Shown here: positions 54,800 through 64,000 of the stretch, in pieces
Layout: the number at the start of each line of letters is the position of its first letter
Numbering within the stretch: position 1 is the first letter of the stretch
From: Ptychomitrium polyphyllum
Taxonomy: Eukaryota
DNA: 64,000 nucleotides
NCBI GenBank assembly: GCA_973851085.1
Contig: OZ316776.1
Span: forward strand, 496,001 to 560,000
Direction of reading: 5' to 3'
Notes under the pieces: model-generated
Seen by the model: only the letters and a program-made list of their open reading frames with translations
The model's database searches: none
Told to the model about the DNA's origin: nothing
Made by a program: the position numbers and the translations under genes

Positions 54800-56883
54800 G
54801 AAGTGTGAAGGCGATCGTTACTGAAGAAGATGATCATGACCGTCGTAAATTGCAAATCATAGAAAAGTCCTCAGGTTTGGTATATGGTCGTTAGGTATAG
54901 AAGAATGGTGACATTGAATTGGCTGGAAAACTTGGAGAACGCTGGAAAGTCTAACTCTTTGCATTTCTCTTTGTTGGCTTTTCTTCTCTCCAACATGTGA
55001 ATTTATCGAGTGACTGTTGAGAAGAGGAAGCTCCTACCTGCAACCAACAAGCAAGCCACTACTCCGGCATCGAAGGAGCTATATCAAAACCAACAAATCA
55101 TGCACTCAGCACCTAACACTGTGGCACCGTGGCTCGTGTCCTGAATTTCAGACGTAGGACAACCATTTTTAGGGCTGTTATTTCTGCACTCTTTCTGCAT
55201 TGGGATATCATGGACAGGTAATAGAATCCGCCATAGGAGCCCCGTCTGGTGGACAGGTACCTGATATCCCATGTATTTGTACTTCATTTGTATTCACTCT
55301 CAATGCTAGAATTCTATCAGGGCTGTGGAGTTGTCAAGGTTCACACCGTGCTCTGCAGCTCAAGCTCTGCATGAGCATGTCAACTCAGTGAAATCAAGAA
55401 GCTTTTCGTTTTAAAATTCAGATTCTAGATACAACGAAACCCACTAAGACCATGATATTCTTTGTGAGGCCAGTTGTCATGGCCCTATTACTAATGAATA
55501 TAATTCTTGTGGGTGCCATTACCGTCTTTCAGGAACACAACACCCTGAAATCTAGGACTTTCATCACCAACCAGAGCTTGAAGACGGTAATGACAACTGT
55601 GCGGTTCGACAATGTGTCTGAATCGGTCCGGAGTTTTCCCAACCTTCTAGTGGCTACGTTGGATTTCGGTAAGAATCTGATCACTTCTATTGAGTGAACC
55701 CCCATTTGAATGCAAATCCCTCCATATCTGATTTATCCAAGGACCATCTTTCTGATCCTACTAATTTGTTTGTTTCTCTTCAATCTCCAATTGGATGCCA
55801 TAATCTGCATTTCCTGTTTATCCAAGGACTATCTTAAGTCTGGTGTTCCTGGTGTGTTTGCTTTTTTACAGTCAGTTTTGAATACAATGTCACTGACGGC
55901 AGGCTGTTAGTGGAGACCTGGGTGCGTAGCTCTAAGGAAAACCACAAGCATCTATTTGTTCACAATGGCCACAACTTGGTCCTCACTGACACTGATGATC
56001 TTACTGGTGTCGACGTTTATCTATCTGAGTATGGAACTGTTGACATCCCAAAAGGTTACTCGCTCACTACCATGTACTGAATTTTCAATTTTTTCTATGG
56101 TACAATATGAGAAGAGGAACTTGGCGTCCTTTTCGAGTATGTTCCTTCTAACATAACACATGGACGACTAGTAATCATTTCTTCCATGAAAGAAGTAAAG
56201 TAAATTAGTTTAGAAGTTAAAAGCAAAATAGGTAGTGCTTATTATTTAGCATCATGCAGGGGTATTCACACATCCTTCGTTTGCCCAAAGGACTAAGTTG
56301 GTCCTCTTATAATATAGGTAAGGTAATTTATGAAGTATGGTAACATTACAATTATATTCACTGCATTCGTTCGAAGTTCTCACGATTCTCAGAACTAAAA
56401 ATCAAACATGCCATGAGTTGCGATGACAACAAAAAGGAGCATCTCACTGACTTTGCCGCCTAGAAGCTCCTTGTTAGCCAGGGTCTGCACATCATCAGTG
56501 TTCATTCTTTGTGCTCCTATCTATTTGACACGAGCTACTTATATCAGCTCCAAATAAATTCAACCTGCCCGCCCTCCGCAAACTTCTTGCCCACCAGCAA
56601 CTCACTGAAACTTTAGAAATCGAAATCTTCAGCATCACCAAATGTTTGGAAGAAGTTACCGCAGGTGGGATGCAATTGCACAGTCTTGAACACTTCCCCG
56701 TTGTCGATCTTGGCCGCCACTCTCTTGGGAGGAACTGGAATCGGGCTTCGCAAGCTGGTTCCAATGCGGCTTGGATGATTTGATCTGTTCAAGCGCCGAG
56801 AAAGATGCTGAAGAAGAAGTGGATGGCTGCTTACGGTCAGGTGCAAGTGCTGTGAGATACTCTGAGTCGCTTGATGCACCCAT
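54800..56883 (-). pseudogene. Protein kinase pseudogene, paralog of the 13.4-14.6 kb copy; 3' part heavily decayed, lower boundary approximate
   Basis: MGASSDSEYLTA...FSALEQIKSSKPHWNQLAKPDSSSSQE, a frameshift, then VAAKIDNGEVFKTVQLHPTCGNFFQTFGDAEDFDF*SFSELLVGKKFAEGGQVEF (subdomain I). Clear nucleotide similarity to 13516-13690. Downstream fragments are weak (CYVRRNILEKDAKFLF). Confidence 0.75.
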
Positions 56884-59800
56884 CGTCCAAGAAGGGCATC
56901 ACAATACCGGTCTCTAGTGTCTGAAGCGACGGGTGTTTCGACTTGTGTTTGTCATGATAGTGGAGTGCCCTTGTATGAAACTCGCTCGCATTTTGCTTGT
57001 TAGCAAGCACAACTGACGTGTTACGATAAGAGAAACGGTGCGTAAGCTTACATCGTAAAACAAAAACAATCATCCGCAACTTACTACTATCTTGAGATGT
57101 AGAGAATTGAATATAAGAAGCCAAACAAGTGTACACTCTGATGACGGTTTCTTCAGGAGAACTCTAGATCGCAAATAAGTTATGCTCCTCCTTGATATAT
57201 GCGAAACGAAAGCCCACAAATATTTGCCTACAGAAAGATTTCACATGGAAATGTGGCAACGATGCGTAAAACGATCGGCACCAAAGGCATTGGGTGAAAA
57301 GAGAAAACACAGATTTATCAACTCATTTCGAATTTGAAAGAGTTTGCGAAGAGATAGTAGAAAGAACGAAGCGTACTCGTCAGTGGATGCAAAGAACGGT
57401 GTCGCTACCAAGCTCGACAATAAAAAATGATTACACTAGTGCTGTGAGCACACCCCCTGGCATGCGATGAATCACATGTGTGTTGTGAACCACGACCTCC
57501 CCTCAAGTAAAGTTCGGACGTCCTGTCGTTTGGGAGATTAGGTTGAGAAAATTCAGTGACGAATTCAAAGAGATCGCAAGGAGAGGAAGCGTCCTACTTC
57601 ACTCGTGAGCAAAATACAGGGCGAGCAGAGGCAGGGCGATGTAGTAAGCTCAAAAATGCCAATATTGACGCTAGCTTTGTGTAAACACGTCGCATGTGCA
57701 ACTCACAGAAGCGCGTTACCGAAACACAAACCTTCGTGAAGTAGATCTGAGCGAGGCAGAATGAGTCAACTCGACGTGACAAAGATGAAGTGTTCCTTGA
57801 CCAGGAAGGTTTCGCTACAGCGCGAGAAGATGTCACTCAAACACAGAGGGTAACTAAGTCGGATGTGAGGAGATTGTTGCACGACCCACCAGCACCTAGA
57901 CCCGGAAGCATTTGAAAGGTGTGTTCTTGCAGTAACTTGTTGGTTGTAGCATTTGCAGATTCAAAGCCAATTTCTTCACTTCTTTTGGTGGTGTTTGGGG
58001 GGCTCTCTTACATGTGAAAGACGATGCACGGAAGCTTCCTGTCCCGGAGATCACATGGCACAGGTAACGTGATACAGTCTCTATTTTGAATAGTGAAGCA
58101 TTGAAATTTGTGGTCCTGCTTGCCTGTGGCCCCTGTGTGCGATCGTTTGCTCTTCAAATGAGGATTTCCTAGTTCTGTTCTTACAATTTCCGAATCACTC
58201 TGATGGCCTCACATCGTCTGTATTCTGCAACCAGAGATAGGGTAATCAGGGTTGTCTTTCATTTGTGACATTGAGAGAGTTGAGAAAGTGCAAGCTATTG
58301 TAAGCTTAAGCTTTGTGTTTCTGTTCAAGTACCGGTACAAGAGACGTGATCGTGCACCTTGAGTCCGTGCATGTGGATCTATTTAACACAAACTTCTATT
58401 CACGTGAATTCGTACAGATTGGCAATGAGAGTCGTGTGAGCAGAACTTTTTCAATCGAGGTGATCTAGTTGACGATGCTGCGCGTACAGTGGATTGATCG
58501 AATGCACCAGCCGCACATGGCACAGGTCAATCCTGCGCAAATGAGCAAAAATGGAATCCAAATTATGTCAGCCGACTCAGAAAACGTTTATACTCTTTAT
58601 GTTTAGAGGTCACAAATTGAGGTCGATCACTTCTACCAAGGTCACGTGAGTCCTGTAGTAAGAGTTTCGTGCACATGTTAAACCATCATTCAGTAATTAA
58701 TCAGATTTGCATTTACTTCTAACATTCACTTCAGTCATTCAAAATCTTTGCTTGCATACTAATATACTCTGGGTGTCCGAAAATTGCCAGAATTCATAAC
58801 ATCTTGAGAGTGTGTTCAGCTTTTTTAACTCTGCACTACACTTGCATCTGTACTTGAGATGTGTCTGTTTCAACTCCAATGAGGTAAAGATCCACATGCT
58901 GTTCACTGTCACAAACTCTTGCTCATCACGTGCGGCTGTACTATGCAAGTTCGTGCTAGAAATGTTGATGCCTTTGGCGAGGTCCTAGCAAGTGAGCACC
59001 TACCGACACCTAGAGTTTTGGGGAAAAAAATTGCTGTGTTGAAGTTAGTTGAAGATTGTTGAAATGGCGACTTAATTTGCCTCCAAATGATTGAAACAAA
59101 AGATCGAATTACCAAAGTTATAAATTCTGAGGTTATAGAGTTGTTTGTAATTTCACCTCTCCTTTTCATGCAAGATTATGAAGCTTATCTTATTTAGCTA
59201 TAATAGTACTTTAATTGTAATCTTGCATATTTCAGTTGACTTGGTCAAAGGTAGGTGGAACTTTGTCATCTTGGAATATGTACTCCAATCACAAGGGCAA
59301 GTGAGGTGAAAAAGAATGTAAAATTATGTATGAATTTTGGATGAGAAAGAGAGGTAAGATTGTAAATAAATTTAATGTGACAATATTTTCAATTGAATTT
59401 AACTAACTTTGCAAGGAGACTATTTTCGTAGTGAAGTTGGTCAATGTTGTTATCAACTTACATATAAAAGGAAGGTAGAAAAGGAAATTTGTGCACTTCT
59501 TTGCTTAATTTTATCAAAGTGTGAGTGGCAGCAAGTAAAAATGAACATTCAGATGTTGCAATTTATCATCAATATAATAATGCATTAATAAAACGTTTTG
59601 CTATTAATATAAAAAATAAATATGAAATCATACTTTTCTTAGTGGCTTTTTGAAGGAAATGAAAGCAAAAGGAATAAATATTGCAAAAATTAATCTATGC
59701 ACAATGAACTATTTTAGAATGAACAATGTTTATTAGTTGTACAAAAAACAATATATTATATAGTGCTTGAGTTTTTGGTGGTCAATATTTTGAATTCAAA

Positions 59801-60899
59801 AAAATTATATACAAAATGATGTAAAAACAATGCATTCTAGATTGAGCCATTAAAATGATAGTAGAAGCTAGTAAAGAACATAACAATTCAAGATTATAAA
59901 TCAAAATATAAAAAAGTATTTAAAACTCACTATATTATATAATATGAACTTATAAAGATGCTAAACATATTTGATAGTGACATTAATTGACTAGTAGCCA
60001 TTAAAATTGTTATTTTATTTAAATATACTATATCACACTATTATATAAAATATTTCAATACTAAATTGCAAAGAAAAGCATTATAATTTTAATATTCAAA
60101 ACTAGCAATAATTATAAATATTTAGCCAATTTATCTATATATTAACTTGTACACCAAAGTGGTCCATTTTTATCCATTATAGTATTCCAATTGGCAAATA
60201 ATAGTAGCACCATCTTCTCTAAAATTTATATTGGTGAAATATTAAAACATTTATAAGGGTATCAATTATCCATAGATAATAATAGTGACCATCTACTAGA
60301 CCATTTCAAACTTTTAATTAAAATTTTGAAACACCAGATGCTAATATAATATATTAATCTTCTTTATTGATGTGGTTTCAATTATTAATAATGAATTTTG
60401 GACTCTATATGCATTGTTATGGTAATGGCCTATATATTCACCTATTTACAAATTTTTAGCCTTGGAATTCAAATTTCATCATCTTTCCATTCCACCAAGT
60501 TTAACATGCCTTCAAAGAGTTACAATGAACAAATTAAAGAAGCTATTCTATATATCAAACTTAAAATTCTTTTTAAAACACTTTTCTTTGTAGGAAGTTG
60601 AAATGCACATCCTTAGTATGTACTGCAACTAATTTTCCTACTTCACAATTTTTCTATAATATATTAGTTGTTTTTTACTAATTAAGGTTTTATTTGAAAT
60701 TAGATCTTTAATGGCTTTCTTTTCTTTGTTTATTAAAAAAGTTCAGTTTTAAAGAAGTGATTTTTGGATATTTAATTTTTAAGTAAAAACATAAAAGTAT
60801 TGAAATGTATTTTGGTTATCTATCAAAGATACTTAAAAAGAATAAAATATTTATCCTAACTAATCTCATGAAGACTTTTATAAGTTTCAAGAAAATACA

Positions 60900-62400
60900 A
60901 ACTTTTATTTCAACTTTGTAAAGAAGGTTGTTGACTTTTAAGCTGTATGTGAAGCCAATCCATTATGACAATGACAATTCATCATTGGACTCTATAATAA
61001 GCATTTGTTTAAATTTTATATCAATGATGTTGGATGGTCAGTCATATATTATAAGAAATAATTGAGTGATAAAACTTGGCTTTTTTTATATAATGTCCTT
61101 CAAATGTAGAAGGCAATCAGGAACAATAGTCCATGTTTTTTTCTATAATGTTAATTTGAAACCTATAAAATTTAAGATACTTTGGAATAATATTAGAATT
61201 GTTTTTAAAAAGAAGAATGTCAAAAGGAAGTTGTCCAAGCTAGAGATTACAATAAGAATTAGGGCTTTATTAAAATTAAAAAAATTCCAAATACAATGAG
61301 TATTAGAAAATTGGCATGTGCCAAAATTCTAAATATATTGATCATGTAGAGTAATATATTGAATATTTGGAATTCATTCTTAAAGAGTTCAATGTATCAT
61401 TGTATCAAACTCCAACATTATTTGCAAAAATATTTTTGTCTGCTTCTAATTGGAAGAAAGATCATGTCTACAATATTATAAAAGCATGGCAGATAATTAG
61501 TCAAAAGACATTATCTTTAAAGACAATAATGAGCCCTATTTATATCGTGCACCAAGAAAAGATAAACCATATCCAAAGCTTAATTCTTAGAAATATCTTT
61601 TTAGCAATTTTATTATGTACCACTCATGTAATAAGCATGACCTATGATTTTGATTCAATAAAGTGCTCACATGCTTGGAATTTATTTCCAACCACTTAAA
61701 TTATGACAAATTTAAAGTAAAAAAATAGCATCTTCAATTGATGGCTAGAAAAGTCAAGAAGAACTCTTGAGCTTATTTCTTCTTTACATTGCTATATTCC
61801 AAGTAAAAGTCATTGCTTTAGAAAAACATAAGTTTGGTTTCTTATAAAATTTTAAAAAATTGATAATAGTTTCTTTTCTTTGGCTTTTTTGGAGTCTAAT
61901 GGCATTGCTCTTTATAAAAGAAAAAACAAAGATTTAAATTGATTTTTTAGCAATCAATTGATTAATGACTACTCCTTCAATTAATAGTCCTGATTCCTTA
62001 ATCATTCAAATGGACATTAATTCTTAGTCATTTAGATGGATACATATATGCTTAGACAATTGGAGTTGCTTGCAAATAGAAATCTATTCTTTGAAATTGA
62101 GGTTCAATTTTGTAAGCATATAGATTTTTTTGTTTAATTTTTTAAAAACAATAGTTTGTTTTTCTAATGTATTACTCTTCACAAAAAACTTTTGTTTTAC
62201 ATTAGTGAACCACCAATATATAGTTGTCCAAAATTCTATAAGTTATCCATAATTAACTAATCACTTGATACTTTGAACCAACTTATGTTTTGTCAAATCA
62301 ATGTCAAATTGATGTCTTATTTTAGTAGCCATCTTTTCCAGTTGGTGGGCATCAAATTTCTGAATCTAGTTCCTCGTCCAGTTTGAAGTTTTGAGAAATT
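60900..62400 (+). mobile_element. Possible highly decayed CACTA/En-Spm transposase remnant within an AT-rich block
   Basis: EPTYVLSNQCQ..F followed by SWW at ~62275-62350 resembles the DUF4216 EPYVLxSQxxQVFY...W motif. Other support is weak. Confidence 0.3.
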
Positions 62401-64000
62401 TCTAAATGTAAGTGGTTTAGTGTATTGTAAATTCAAAGAGGTATTATTACAATTGCAGAGTCATGATCGTGCACAATTTTGATTTATTCAACTGTTTATA
62501 AAAGAAATAGAACTTCAGATCAAACATGTATTTCAAGCACAGTATGTAGATGAAATTTTTTTATTGAAATTTAAAACTTTTAGTGAAAGTTTGAGTTCTT
62601 ACACAAATGCAACAGTTTATTACATTTTATGGAACGACCTACATTCAAAAGGCCAACGGTAGACTCATTTCATAACCTGGTCAAAAGAACACAGAGTGCA
62701 TACCATATAGTCACCTATACCATGACCAGGGCAGCTCTGCATTATTATTTTGCAACCGAAATTTCGACCACAGTGGTAAAACAGCAAAACCTATGACAAC
62801 TTGACAACCATAGTGCAAATTCTCCTCCGCTGATGCTCCTCAGCCTTCTCACCACACTAAGAACTATTCAATCTTGCACCGCGCATCATGGTCTGGCTCC
62901 AAAATTGAAGGACACGTAGCTGCCTACACACCTCATTTCCTTCTAGTGTGTTCGTCACATCATCACGTCATCAGAAGCACATGGTAAGCTTCTGTTATGA
63001 GTCAAATATGATAAGCTTCAACCTTCAGTGGGACCTTGCAGTGGAAAGATTCAACTGTATTAGAGTTGTTCGTGAACGCATCACTCTGTTTCGCCCAAGG
63101 TCCTAATGTTTGACTTCCAATTTTTAATCTGTTGTGCGAATATTTTTAACTTTGGATCCTCTGTGGGTTGGTGAATGGTGGGTGAAGCCATATCATATTG
63201 TAATATATGCTCCACGCATAAGCACGAGTAAGGTACAGGAGGTCAGATTACAAGTGAATTTTTAATTGAGAAAAAGATTGGGTTCCAAATAACACTATTG
63301 TATGCATCTATGAAGCAATGTAAGATGACCTCATATCCATCATTTTTGCATGATAGGCTCATACATCAAAGGTGAAATAAAGAAAATATTAGATTCCTAT
63401 AGTTTATGGTGTTATATAGTGATTACTACATATTTGAATTTGAATGATTGAAAGGTTGTTGAAAGAAAATTGTATTAATGTATTCTTCGACATAAATTAA
63501 AACAACATTGATTTTTGAAATTATTAATTTTAAACTTCAACAATTCTTGATTCAAAAAATATTAATTTAAAAAAAAGAGGATGTTACTATAGTTTTCAAA
63601 ATGACATCATTAACACTTATTCTTGTTTGATTTTATGATCAATTAAAGTTGTACATTACATATTGTAACCAATATAAGCTTAAAACATTAAACATGTTAT
63701 ATCTTGCATGCCAACCAATCTCAAACATCTATTAATCACATGTATTACAAAAGAAATATAATACAAATAGAAAGAATTATCATATACAAAAGACTCACTT
63801 ATTTCACATTACATTGTGAAAGATTCACTTATCAGTGTCCAAGCAAGAAGCAGTGCCCGTCCCAAATTACTACACCCAGAAACCTCACAAGTGTCCTTCA
63901 AGTGATCAAGGGCTCAAAGAGGAAGGGCTTACACTGTATGCCAATCACACAAGTCCTTTGTTCTTACAAGAGGCGAGTTTCTGTTGTCCTGTTCTCACAG

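Overview
Eukaryotic land-plant nuclear DNA, most likely a moss (class I RSL bHLH of the Physcomitrium type, moss-type kinase family). Gene islands alternate with AT-rich, degenerate spacers. Intact genes: a tail-anchored monodehydroascorbate reductase (+), an intronless VFB/SKIP2-like F-box/LRR gene (+), a 13-exon glutamine-dependent NAD+ synthetase (-), a nucleotide-diphospho-sugar transferase with a GC-AG intron (-), a class I RSL bHLH with an internal ~19-aa repeat array (+), a 5-exon orphan gene (-) and a DUF3511 gene (+). Structure missed by the ORF track: two paralogous, inverted kinase pseudogenes ~43 kb apart, a decayed hAT transposase, a diverged ~340-bp direct duplication, a 13-bp x12 minisatellite, a miRNA-like hairpin upstream of and divergent from RSL, a possible miR1219 site in the RSL 5' leader and a 3'-UTR hairpin. 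No prokaryotic-type systems are supported. All exon models and family assignments were made by eye, without database searches.
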